A program made the position numbers and the translations under genes. Shown piece after piece: positions 11,560 to 23,834 of a stretch of 64,000 nucleotides of DNA (position 1 is its first letter; every line of letters begins with the position of its first letter). The notes under the pieces were generated by a model. That model was not told where the DNA came from. It did no database searches and was given only the letters and a program-made list of their open reading frames with translations. The stretch spans positions 403,305 to 467,304 of the forward strand of contig CM119265.1 in NCBI GenBank assembly GCA_051294375.1, in the 5' to 3' direction. Source of the stretch: Paraspadella gotoi (lineage: Eukaryota; Animalia; Chaetognatha).

Positions 11560-14500
11560 TGTGCGCGGTTATATAGTTAGCCAGCAGCTTGACGAAGACC
11601 GCTACGCGTTAGTGTTCACAACTCTAAGGACATTAGCGATATAAAAATGATAGCTTGGCGCAGGAATTTGTGGCCTATTGATGTAATATATCAGTTTATT
11701 CGTTGACGGAGAGGTAGATCAAGGATGGCGCGTTTAGATTCTCGAATTAGGCCCACATTAAGACTCGTTTTTAATTAGCAGTTGAATAACGCGAGGTTAA
11801 TTGTTAGTTCGAGATTAAATGCTTGAGACTACTCGGGTTTTTTAAACTTTTTAATTCAGCGACCTCGAATTCTCTTAGATTAGCAGATTAATTCTTAGAT
11901 TTATCTGCGAGATTTGATTGGTTTTTCTCATGTTTTAATGTAGCTAATTACATTTGTGAGAGATAATTAAAAACAAGGAGTATCAATAGTTATTCATGTA
12001 TTATTGATGAACATGGGAAAAACCGATATGATTTCAATTAGAAAACAATCTCAGAGGTAAACAATGATTGCTAGCCAGGAGCGGGAAATTGATTGTAGCC
12101 CTCTGAGGGAAACAACTAGTTTTGTAGGAGAACAAATGAATCAACGAATATCTGTTTTAAATGCTTTAGTCGAATTCGAATTCAATTGATTTCAGAAGCC
12201 AGTTTTAGCGCTGGGCTATAATCGCTGGCTTCTCGATCTGTCGATACCAGGATCGATCCTGATCTGGGGCGATCTATATTAAAAATAGTAGGTCGATCGA
12301 AGATCTTCATCCCCCTTCTGATTAAATATATAATACTTATAATTATTTACATTAAAATTTGAAATTTAATAGAATTAAAAATTGTTGTCCGTCCAGTATG
12401 TGGTGATTGCTCGTACAAATATAAATACCCGCTCTCATTTCTTAACATTGGGTTAAAATAGTAGTTTCATTTCGAAATGAAGATAAAATTGACGATGGAT
12501 TTCTAAATTACGAAGGGTAAGAAATCTGTACAAATAAAATTTGTAAAGATTACTGTAGAAATTGGGTTTTCCCAAAATACTTAATATACAAAAAACAACC
12601 AAAATATTATTCTAATAATGCCGTAAGGAGTCGGCCGTCGAAGTCAATCTCTCTCTTTNNNNNNNNNNNNNNNNNNNNNNNNNNNNNNNNNNNNNNNNNN
12701 NNNNNNNNNNNNNNNNNNNNNNNNNNNNNNNNNNNNNNNNNNNNNNNNNNNNNNNNNNAAATACAAAAATACTAAAAAACTTTCTACATTTCCACATCTC
12801 CATACTTCACACTATGCCGGGACTGTCGGTTGCCGGAGCCAATGCCGAGGATGCTGATGGAGGAAGATAACAAAGACTGGCTCCGGTAGCTGATCAAATT
12901 AGCTCCGACGGCGGGATTTTGTCTTTTGTCTTTTTGTTGTTGTTATTGTTTTCGTTTTGATTTCTTTTCAGCATCTCTTTGAGTACAACAGCATAAGTGG
13001 GTCGAGTATAATGTTTGTTGGAGAAATTCTCTGAAGTTGGTTTCGAGAAGCGACACGTTGGCTCAATATTTCTCGCTTCTCGCTTGTTGTTGTTGTTGTT
13101 TTCCTCTTTTTCATCTCTCGGTGGAGTCTCGAATGCTGCTCCACCCTGGTGTCCAATTCAACGATTTGGCCCTCTGCCGCCTTAAGGCTCGTACTCAGAG
13201 CGGCCCGCGAGCAGCAGGTTGGCGACTCCTGGAATGAATCCTATAATTAATTAACCATACCCAGGAGCGTTGAAGCTCCTGATAGTCGGTGTTGGGCGTG
13301 TCCGTCTCTCGAAGTGTCTGGAACGGCGTTCAACGTAGTTGGTCGGACGCCGTTTTTGTCGACGAGGTAATCTCCAAGAATCTCGAGGACTCTGGTCCCG
13401 AGTCAGGCATTTTTTCGTATACTACGAGTCCTTTTTCATCCAGAGCTTTGAAGACTTCTTTCCAGAATCTTCTCCAGGGGCTCCTCCCGGAAGGACGATG
13501 AGTGGCGGACCTAAAATGTTTCGCTAAATAAGTAGTTGACGAACGTCATGGGGGATTCACCACACTGATCTCATCCATCCAAACGCTGGAAAGTCCCTTG
13601 TCCTGTCGTTTTTTTCAAACGCGACAAAGGACCAACGAGGAACTGACATATCAATTCCGAACGGAGTGATTTACAGTCTCGTCTTTGATTTTACATCTTC
13701 TAGGATTTACCGGGATTTGATGTATAAACCTTTGAGCCAAGCTCTATCTTCGAGAAATTAGTCTTGCCCTCCAGTGCGCGCCGATTGAAGTTCCGTAGTA
13801 ACTATCACTGGGCTCGTAACATCCTCGACTCGGGCGTTCTGCGGCGTTGAGGCGACGTAGTCGCACACACAGCGCCAGCCCGCCATCTGGTTGGGAGACA
13901 CGCTGGCAGTGGCGACACCACTCTGACTTGTCCCCTTTTTGGCGATTGCCTGAGTGCCGACCATTTTTTCTAGTTCTGCGTTTTGGCCCACTGCCAACTT
14001 TCTCTGGAGGTCGAGGCGCCTCGCTCTTGATTTGGCAGGGGCGCCCTCGATACGTATTCGAGGGTTACTCCATGCTTTGGCGCTTTTGACGTTCGAAAGA
14101 GGAGTGGACAATGAGGCGGAAACGACTCAAGCAGCTTGTATATTTTCTCCCCTTTTCTGTCTTACGAAATTTCACCATGAGTTGGCTGCTCGCTCGCTGT
14201 CGACGCTGGCTATTGGTCGAATATCCTTTTAGCTATCTAAGAGCGGAGTCCATCTCGGATATTTGCTCTAAATACCTTTTCTGCCATGAAATACACGCCG
14301 CCTAGGCGGATATGGTTGCTTTCACTTCCGCTACACAAACTGGTAGTCAATTTTCGATTCCAAGTGAACAGTCTTTGTTACTGTGCACATAGCAGGTTCG
14401 CATGGGAGTTCCGTTTGGGCTGCTTGCCCAATTCATGAGCGGTTCTGTGGCCATTCTTTTCGCTGCGATCGGAGTAGCGCGGAGATGAATAGATTAGTAG

Positions 14501-16824
14501 GGCTCCGCTCGTCAATTAGCACTCTAATTCATTTCCGGCGTCGTCTCGGAATGTAAATAGTAGTTTGGTGGCTCTGTCGACAGCGCTGCGTCGCGACATA
14601 GAGAGCTCCGTCAACCGGCTTCGGCTGGTGGCGAGCTCTCGCTCACGTGGTTAAAGTGTTCACGGTTAGGGGACGCGTTCACCTTGCGTCGTACCCCCTT
14701 CCGCTTCCCTCCTTCTTCTTCTGCTGTTCTCGTCAAAAACGGGAACAACCTGGCTCGCAGGACTAGCGTCCTCTCAAATTTCACATGCGTGGAGCAAAGG
14801 AGTAAGAACAAGTTCGCTATTTTCCTTTTTTTTTTTGACGCTTGCCTGATTTCGTCGCCTGTTGTTTGTTGATTGTCGACGACTTGCGAGGGCGCTGATC
14901 GACTCGTTGATGCGTCGCTTCGCTCTATGAGTCGGAGGTTCGAACTTGATCTCGACGACCTTTTTCGATTCGCGTTTACTAGAGGAAGTCGTTTGGCGGA
15001 GCTTCAAATTGCCTTCGACGTCCGTAATGCATGATCGGCTAACTTTGCATAATTCTTTAAGCTTTGAGTGCTATCCGCTTTCTCCTCAGTTGTCGTCGTA
15101 TATCCGTTGGCAACTCGCGGAGTCATTTTTTCTTACGTATTCGTCGTCGACGCTGACGTTGCGCGTTTTTTCCTCGAGCTGTGCTAACACTCTTCGATGG
15201 TTTACGCCGCTGTCCGAGTTTTTAAAGCGTCGAGAAGAATTGGCGCTGCTGCCGCCTCGTGAGCGCCGTATTCAACTCCTCAGGTAACTGACGAATTGCT
15301 CCCAAGCTGCTTCAGACGGGCATTTTTCTTTCCCCCCAAAAAAAAAAAATTTAGGTTATTGATTAATCCTTGGCACTCTACATTTATACCTATTTTAGAT
15401 TCAAGATGGGTGCGAATAGTCCTGGATTCGTTGGATTCCCGCGCAAGGACGTAAGCAGCCTCGATTCTCTTTATATCCATTACTTCGATATTATTTTGGA
15501 TCGATAGTCCGGAAGCTCCGGTTTCCGGCCTTAAACGCGTTCTCAATGCGCGCGTGCGCGGCCGGCCTGAGGCGGCCGAGTTCGTCATCTCGTCGCGTAG
15601 ACTTCTGGCCTTCGCTGTCAGATTGCGAACTGGCTCTTGGTCGCGCCTCCATGTCGCCATGACGGGCGTCGTTCTCGTTCGCGTTGCTCGTAGTGAACGT
15701 GAAGCGTCGCGCTCGGCTCTCGATAAAACGCCGGCGAGATTGAGCGAGAAACGTTGCCTCGGCCAAAAACGCAATGGGACTTGGAGTCGAAATTTTCTTC
15801 GTTCGACGAGGCCTCTGCCGCGGCGTGCGTTGAGCCTGAGCGGAGGACGCTGATTCTTTAAACTCTCGGATCGCTCATCGAGGTCTTTGTCTCCGTTCGA
15901 ATCCGTTTAGAAGTGGGAAGAAAAAGGGAAAAAAATGTGTTGAGAAAGATTGGGGAAGGACTACCTCATCTTTAATTCTCCGAAACTTCCACACCAATTC
16001 ACCTCAGAGAGTATTTTTCCGCTGGCGTTCGTCCCCTTCGTTCGTTGGAATTGTCTCAGGTCGTTCTCACCATGGTGTGGCGTTATATCAGTTTGAGGCC
16101 ACAGCTTGACGCAGCACCGCTACGCGTTAGTGCTCACCACTCTTAAGACGATTAGCGGATAATTAATGATGATAAGCTTTGGCGCAGGAATTTGTTTGGC
16201 GCTATGGGATGAATATATCAGGTTTATGTCGTACGGAGAGATAAGATCAAGATGGTCCCGTCTTAGATCGTCGAATTAGGCACATTAAGACGGTTTTATA
16301 TTAGCAGTTGAAATAACGGACTGGTTAATGTTATTCGAGATTAAGATCTGAGACTACCGGGGTTTTTAAACTTTTGTAATTCAGCGATCGAATTCTCTTT
16401 GATTAGCAGATTAATCTCTAGATTATTCGATTTGATTAGTTTTTTCTCATTTTTAATGTAAGCTATTACATTTTGTGAAGATAATAAAACAAGAGTATCC
16501 AATAGTTATTCACTGTATTATTGATGACATAAAAACCGAACTGAATTTAGTTAGAAAACAAATCTCAGAGCGTAAACAATTGATGCCTAGCCAGAGCGGG
16601 AAAATGATTGGTTAGCCCTCTGAGCGAAACAACTAGTTGTTAGAAGACCAAACTGACTCAACGAATATCTGTTTTAAATGCTTTAGTCGAATTCGAGGTT
16701 CAATTGATTTCAGAAGCCAGTTTAGCGCTGGGCTATATCGCTGGCTTCCGATCTTCGATTACCAGATCGAATCCTGATCGGGCGATCTATTTATTAAATA
16801 GTTTTAGTCGATCGAAGATCTTCA
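11560..16824 (-). mobile_element. Second family B copy E3; error-rich, lacks RNase H/IN, chimeric across the 100-N gap
   Basis: LTRs 11560-12309 and ~16076-16824; gag ~14679-15878 and PR-RT ~13130-14705 collinear with E2; 12759-13128 instead matches family C 17720-18080. Confidence 0.8.
16711..16785 (+). ncRNA. Degenerate tRNA-like module in family B LTRs (also ~4941-5025, 11326-11405, 12193-12270)
   Basis: Four-copy consensus: TAGCGCTGGG (weak A-box), then ~43 nt later CAGG-ATCGAAT-CCTG (T-arm/B-box-like); overlapping AGAAGCCAG/CTGGCTTCT inverted repeat. Confidence 0.45.
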
Positions 16825-16939
16825 ACCTAACCCTAACCCTAACCCTAACCCATAACCCTAACCCACTAACCCTAACCCTACCTAACCCTAACCCTAACAC
16901 CTAACCCTAACCCCTAACCCTAACCCTAACCCTAAACCC
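16825..16939 (+). repeat. Telomeric (CCCTAA)n spacer
   Basis: Direct reading. Confidence 0.97.
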
Positions 16940-17590
16940 TGTTGCCCTGACACAGAGGCCAGCCACAGCGTGACGGAGGGAGTCGACAACCAGGAGGGTC
17001 ACGTGACTAAGTGGCGTTATTGATGACACGGAAGAGAAGTTGATGACCGCCAATGCAGGGAAAAACTGTGCCCGATGATAAAATTTTTTGTTTTTTACAT
17101 TCGAAGTATTAATTAGATTGAGAGAGATAATAATATTAAACGAGAAGTAACTTTCATTTGAAGGTTAAAACTTTTAATGTCATTCGAATCTGTTTTGTTT
17201 TCATCTTACTTTAATTATTTATTACATTAGATGAGATTAAGTAAAAACGAGTTTGAGCGTACATTAAAATAACATTATGTATTCAATGAGTAAAAAGCGA
17301 TACAAGACTGAATGTTTTCAGTTTAACAGATTCAAAAGTTAACTGTCTAGAAACAAAATACAAAAAGAGAGGACATCTTGTTTTAAGATGATTAACGCAG
17401 ATTAAAAACAAAAGGCTTCGTCTTGGTTTTAAAGTCTATGTAGTTGAATTTGAGAATCAGGAATTGATAGCCGCCTGGATGGCTGAGGACCTTAAGTCGA
17501 AGCGTCCCAGATATCAGATCCCGGGTCTCGATCCCGGACGGAGGTGGTTAATTGTTAATTTGATTAGATCCGATCTGTAAGGCTACTACA
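16940..17590 (-). repeat. 3' LTR of E4 (family C, ~650 bp)
   Basis: Start matches 23280 and 26033 (TGTGGCACTGACACAG); internal blocks match 23490-23760. Confidence 0.85.
17470..17548 (+). ncRNA. tRNA-like Pol III module inside the family C LTR
   Basis: A-box-like TGGCTGAGG at 17480; 5-bp T-stem CCGGG-TCTCGAT-CCCGG at 17521-17537; GCCGCCT/AGGTGGT acceptor-like pairing; homologous to the family A module. Confidence 0.68.
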
Positions 17591-17749
17591 TCCCCCCCTG
17601 TCGATATTTATACTTAATAATAAATAATCGCAACACATATTTACAAAATAAACTGTACAATGTCCACAATCAATTACTGACCTTACGAAAAAAAATTGAA
17701 AAATTCAAAGATAATATCAAAATACAAAAATACTAAAAAAACTCTACAT

Positions 17750-20700
17750 TCAATCGGGTCCATCTTACCTCATGGACTGAACGAGATTGCGAGCCAAATC
17801 GAGATTCGACCTGAACTGTAGCCGCAAAAATAATCAAAAGATGCATCCAGGAAAATACTCTAACGATATGTAATGTACTTAAATGTTCTTTAACTGTTTT
17901 CGTTGACTTTCTTCAGCATCCTTCGCTAGTACACAGCTAAGTGGGCGGTAATGTGTTGCGGAGCATCTGCCGAAGTGGATCTGATGGAAGGCAGACTAAC
18001 AAGTTGGCTCAGATGAAATTTTCTCGCTTCTCGCTTGTGTTGCTTGTGTTTTCCTCTTTTCACTCTCTCGGTCTGGAGTCTGCTTCACGTGGAGGCCGGG
18101 AAGGAATGTTGAAGCGGGAGGAAAAATATGAAAGAAGAAAGCTAGGTGGGGTCGGGGGAGAGGTGGGGTTGATTAGGGGGAGGTGAGCGGAGGCAGCTGA
18201 GAGGAGGAGGAGGAGACGGGGGGGAAGAGAGGATCGGCGACGCTGCGCGGTTGTTTCTCGATCGTGGTCTTGACGGTCGCTGCTGGTTGCCTTGTCCCTA
18301 ATTCCTGCTCGACGGCCAGGCGCTCGGTTCTTGTTGTGGTTCTGGATAGTCGACTTGGTTCGTCCTCGTCACAATCCCACGCCGGTTGTGACGCGCGCAA
18401 CTGTTCACCCGTTTTCGCGGCGCGACGCTAGGTATCTCGATTGTCATGTTTATTCCCTGTTTCGATGAATTACCGCGGTAGGCCCCTTCATAAGGATGGG
18501 ACGTAGCGGCGGTGGACCGCCTGCTACGCCTGATGAACGACGAATTTGGCGGAGTCACACGATGTTTGGCGGGGTGATGGTGATCCGTTGGGGTTGTGGT
18601 CGATGAAGCTGATGTTTGCGTGGTTTGTAGTCTGCTCTTACCTAACGACGCCGAGATTGGCCGTAGCTTGTTTCGCCTCTTTGTGATTCATTTCAATGAC
18701 CACTGTTTGCCGCGCCGCCAAGGATGCGCCGGAGGGACGCCGGACCGCCAATGTTTTACCTTGAAGACTTAGTNNNNNNNNNNNNNNNNNNNNNNNNNGT
18801 TCAGCTGACGATGCGCCTACGTCCTCTTTGACGGTCGTCCTAATTGCCAATAGCGTCATTGGCAACTTCCAGAACCATTTCTCCTTGTCGTTGTTGGCTA
18901 AAGCGATCAACGACTCCTTCAGTCTCCTATGAAACCTCTCGACGAGGCCGTTGGCCTGGGGGTGATATGCAGTCGTTGTCTGACATTTGATCCCCCATGT
19001 TTTAGTCAGTTGTTTCCAGAGATTCGATGTGAACTGACTGCCTCTGTCGGTTGTGATGATTGATGGCGTTCCAAAGGTCGATATCCAATTTAAACTAAAC
19101 GCGTCGATAATCGTTGGAGTTAATGTGTTTTCAATTGGAATCGCTGCTGGCCATCTAGTGAATCTGTCCACTATTGTTAATAAGTAGGAATAGCCGTTTG
19201 ATCTGGGCATTTTGACCAGATCGATGTTTAGATGTTGGAAACGACGGTTTGGTACTCTGAACTCTCCAATTTCTGGTACTACATGTTTTGAGATTTTCGC
19301 TCGCTGGCAATCGAGACAATTTCTGGCCCAGTTAGAAACATCCTGCTTCATGCTGTTCCATACGAATTTGCTCGCTATGGCCTTTCTGGTCGCCTCTACT
19401 CCTGGGTGGCCCAGGCCATGGATAGCGTCAAAAACCTTTCGTCTCCAAGCTACTGGCACAAACGGTCTAGCAGGGCCGTTCGAAATATCCGCCAATAAGT
19501 CATGATCGCCGATTCTAATTTTTCGAAAATTTAGTCCAGATCGAGCGTCTTCTGCGATGCGTTGGAAGTCGGCGTCTAGCGCCTGATCGCGAGCCATTTG
19601 CTCAAAATTGATCTCAAAATCTGTCAGAGAGGCTATTACTGCACCTAGATCTTCCAGTCGATTTGGCCTTCAATCGTCGTTCAAAGCTTTTCTTTGCCGT
19701 TTCCAGAGCCTTCCGAAGGCTGTCCAAGTTTACTGAGCTTATTTTCGCGGTAGCTGTCGTTTGGCTGTCTTGCATGGCCGGGCGATTTTCCGAGGCCGAA
19801 TTTGGCGGCGGAAACGGGTCGGTAGCTGTCTCTTGGCTGTCGCGAGTAGCTGAGTGAGTCTTGGCTGTCGAATTTGGTGGCGCGATCGAATTGGGAGGTG
19901 TCTTTTGGCCGACGATGCTTGCTATTTCGCTCGAATCGCTCTCTGCGCTCGCGGTAGCTGCTGTTTGGCTGCGTTGCGTGGCTGAGGCTTCTTTTTTGGC
20001 GTTTTCTGATGCGTTTTTGTCGGCGAGGATTTTCTGCGCTGTCGGGAGAGTGGCGTTTGGCCGGGAAAGCGCATCCGCTACGACATTCGCCTTTCCTTTC
20101 AAGTAACGTACGTCAGTTGTAAATTCTGCGATAGCGGATAATTGGTAAGATTGTCTTACTGTTTGAGGCTCAGTTTTCTTCCTTATAGCGGACACTAGGC
20201 TTTGATGGTCTGTATACAACGTGAAGGCCCTGCCTTCTACCCAGTGGCGGAAGTGCCTTACCGCTCGAAAGGCGCCAAAAAGCTCACGGTCAAACGGAGG
20301 CCATAGCTTTTGGTTTTTTGCAAGCTTTGCAGAGAAAAAGGCCAAAGGCTCCCAGCCCTTTGGCCCTCGCTGTTCCAAGACCGCTCCGACTGCGTGATCG
20401 GACGCGTCGGTGGTGATGCACAACTGTGCGCCCGTGCGTGGATGGTGAAGGAGTGCAGCTGTGATCAGGCCTTCCTTTATGGCCTCGAAGGCTTTTTGAC
20501 AATCGTCGGTCCATTGCCAGGAAGTCTTAGGTTTGCGCTGGCGGCTCTATTAGCCGCGCCGCAGCGGGTGGCGACCTTAGAATGAATCGTCTGTAATAGT
20601 TTATCATTCCTAAGAATCTCTGGAGCTCTTTGATTGAAGTGGGCCTCGTCGTCTCCTGGAGCGTTTGTAATCCTTTCAGGTAGCGGCCTCACTCCATGCC

Positions 20701-21905
20701 TGTCGACGAGGAATCCTAGAAATTCCAGAGACTCTTGACCTAAGAGCATTTTTTGGTGTTGACCACCAGTCCGTTGGCGTCCAACGCCTTGAAGACTTTC
20801 TCTAGATCCTGCAGATGCTCGTCGCGGTTGATGACGATGCGACGAGTATGTCATTCTAAATACACAAACGTGTGGGGATGTCCCCCAGGATCTCGTCCAT
20901 GAGGCGCTGGAAATCCTGCCCAGCGTTCTTTAGCCCAAATGGGCATCGAGGAAAGACATATAGTCCGAAGGCGTGATCACTGCGGTTTTTTTAACGTCTT
21001 CCGGGTTCACTGGAATCTGATGATAGCCCTTCAGCAAGTCGATCTTCGAGAAGATCGTCTGCCTTCGAGCTGCGCCGTTGAAGTCAGATAACAGCTTTAC
21101 CGGGTATCGATCGTCGACGGTTTGGGCGTTGAGGCAGGGTAATCACCGCAACAACGCCACCGCCGTCCGGCTTTGATACGACATGGAGTGGAGAAGACCA
21201 TTCAGATTGCCACGTTTGGCCACCCCTAGGGCGACCATCTTCTCCACTCTCACGTTTTGCGACGGCAAGCTTTTCAGGATCAAGTCGACCGGCGCTCGCG
21301 CTTGGCAGGGCCGTCCCTCCGTCGGTATGGAGTGAGTTACTCCATGTCTGGGTTCCTTCACTTCGAAGGTAGGAGTAGAGAGAGAGGGGAAGGAATCGAG
21401 TAGCTTATAGTATTTCTCTCCGCTTCTGTCAACGAAATTGACATGGGTCGCTGCCTCTTTCGAGATAGTTGCCGCTATGGTTGAATAATCGCGGAGATCA
21501 ATGAGGAGTCCATCTCTGTGGTTGGGGGCGAGGTAGTTCTCTGCCAGAAAATCCGCTCCTAGAATGCTTTGCTTGACGTCGGCTATGACGAAGCTATATT
21601 CGAATTTTCTGTTACCCAGCTGCACAGTTCGATCTGTTGTCCCGTAGCAAGCGATAGCTGACCCGTTTGCCGCTTGTATGTAGTTTCATGTTTGATATTT
21701 TGTTGGTTGCGGCCTTGATCTCGCTGTCTGTTGTCTTGTGGGCGGGGACAGATTGACAATAATGCTCCATCCGTCGAATTAGCACCATCTGTTCGATCCC
21801 CGGCGTCTCCTGATGTAGATAACGGGTCGCTTTGACGCGCGTGATTTTAGTAGAGTTCAGGTGTGGGGACGGCCGTTTCACCGGTTCGTCGCGCCCCCTC
21901 GTGGC
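17750..21905 (-). CDS. pol: Pol polyprotein of E4 (PR-RT-RH-IN), frame-broken; 3' end approximate
   Basis: HGLGHPG...CLDCQ (HHCC), [25 protein letters not shown]; [13 protein letters not shown]; SILGADFL. Confidence 0.9.
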
Positions 21906-23061
21906 GTTTCCCACCTCCTTTCTTCTTTCTTTGGGGTCGATCGAAATTCGCGCAGCGCCGGATGCGTCTGCCGACGACCCACGCGTCTTCTCCGAATTTA
22001 ATTGTGCTTCGAAAGCACAATGCGTGAGTTTGCTTTGCTCCTCACTTTTCTGGTTTGGAAGAGGTCGTCGCGTTTGTCGCCTTGTTTTCCCGTTGAGCGG
22101 GCTATCGATTGCAGTTGACGGTCTCATGTCCTCCAACATCGCATGTCGAATTGTTCCCTTCGTTCTTGTAGACGTGGCTGATACAGAGAGATTGACGTTT
22201 GTTTATATTTTAAGATTCCCGTCCCTTGTCATAGTAACGATATCGGCGATCTGGCAAAGCTGATGGGCAGTGTACGTGTCGAGTTTCGTCTCGTCAGTTG
22301 CTCCGGCTTCGATCTTGTGTATCGTAGTTCGCAGCCATATATTTTTTCTTTTCACGTCAAGTCTAGGCTTAGGGTTTATTGTTTTAGTTTTCGCTTCACG
22401 CCAGCTGGCTCAGCATCTTTTGATTGGCTTCGAGCGTCTGACATCGAGAAGGCGTCGAGGAGGTTGTCAGCTTTGTCGTCGACGAGTCTAAGACCGCTAT
22501 TTCATTCGGAGGTACTCGATTAAACTGGGACCTAAGTTGTCACTCCGTGCCTCGCCAAACAAAATAACTTGGTTGATGGTTGGAGGTCGAGGCGCTAATG
22601 TGTATCTGTACGCTTGGATTCAAATGAGGCAATTTGTTGCGCGGTGCGAGTGATGCCGGCTCGCTAGTGTGGCGATTCGACGATTCCGACTCTTTTGATC
22701 AGATCTCAATGTTATTTAACAATCGAAATCTGGCAGTTCTGCGTTTTCGATTATTGAGGCACGATTCTAGGGGCTGCGCGTAGGCGGCGGCGAAGGGCGG
22801 CGCGGAGCCATCGTCTTTCGTCTGTAAATCTCAGTGGGAGAGCCGCGCCTTGAAGTCGCTGCTGTGCCATGCCGACTGTGCGTTCTCTGTTCGACTGAAA
22901 GTGATCCGGCGTCGCCGTCAGCGTAAGGCCGCGTGATGTGAGTCGTGAGCCGACTGGTCCTCTGCCAAACCCGCCTGGGTGCTGAAAGTAGTCGGTTGGC
23001 GTCGTCGGCTTCTCTTGAGACTGAACAGGAAGTCTTTGCGCGTGTTTTCGGGCCCACTCAT
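21878..23061 (-). pseudogene. gag: gag of E4, heavily frame-broken (probably sequencing error)
   Basis: Nucleotide collinearity with E5 gag; inferred MSG start; GGGAAAC and hairpin at the 3' end. Confidence 0.7.
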
Positions 23062-23834
23062 GTGATTCGAATTTGTCCCAGTCGTGTCACCAGGGGGTAA
23101 GCGTGGAGAAGAGGAAAGAAAAAGGGACGAGCGTGAGCGGATTGGGGTAATCAGCCTAATCCGAATTCCTTCCTCGGCCCCAATCTCACCTCAAAGAGTC
23201 TTTTCCCTGGCAGGTGTCCCCCTGCTTGAGTTTGCAAGGCTTGTTTCAATTATAACGAGTCTCTTGTTGTTTCACCATGTGTGAGATCTGACACAGAGAC
23301 ACTGCAAAGCGGATGTCAGCAGGATGCGTCAGTAGACATACAGCCCGAGGCAATCCTTTGAAGTCTTTGTCGCGAGCATTGTCGATTATGCAATGATGGT
23401 GCGAGTCTATTGAGAGAACGGAGACCAGTGGAAATGACCGAGCAGCAATCACGGTTTGCATGGGAGAACGTGCACCGATGAATAAATGCTTTTTTGTGTG
23501 TTATTTATACATTCGAAGTATTTAATTAGATTGAGAAGAGATAATTAAGTATTCAAAATACAGAGTCAAGAGTCCATTATCATGTCATAATATGAAGTGA
23601 ATGAGGACACTCTAACTTAAATAAGAGGAGTCAATCTTACTTTATTTAAATAGTTCGTATACAGTACAAATGATAGGTCATATGTATTTGCATCTCTCAC
23701 TTTCAATTATAATAATGTTATTTATTATCATGTATATGATGAGATTAAGTAAAAATATCTCTACAGATATCTTTGACTGTTTTTACCTGAGGAGTAGAGA
23801 CATATTACANNNNNNNNNNNNNNNNNNNNNNNNN

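Larger units (their letters stand above)
16940..23809 (-). mobile_element. Ty3/gypsy LTR retrotransposon E4, family C; 5' LTR (from ~23280) cut by an N gap
   Basis: 3' LTR 16940-17590 (TG...CTACA) with PPT 17592-17598; IN ORF 18638-19597; RH ORF 19614-20423; RT/PR fragments; gag ~21878-23061; PBS ending at 23277. Confidence 0.92.

Noticed and set aside
12659-13130. B/C recombinant element or natural RNase H-IN deletion in E3
   Set aside because: One family switch coincides with a 100-N gap and the segment is very error-rich; probably a consensus or scaffolding artefact.
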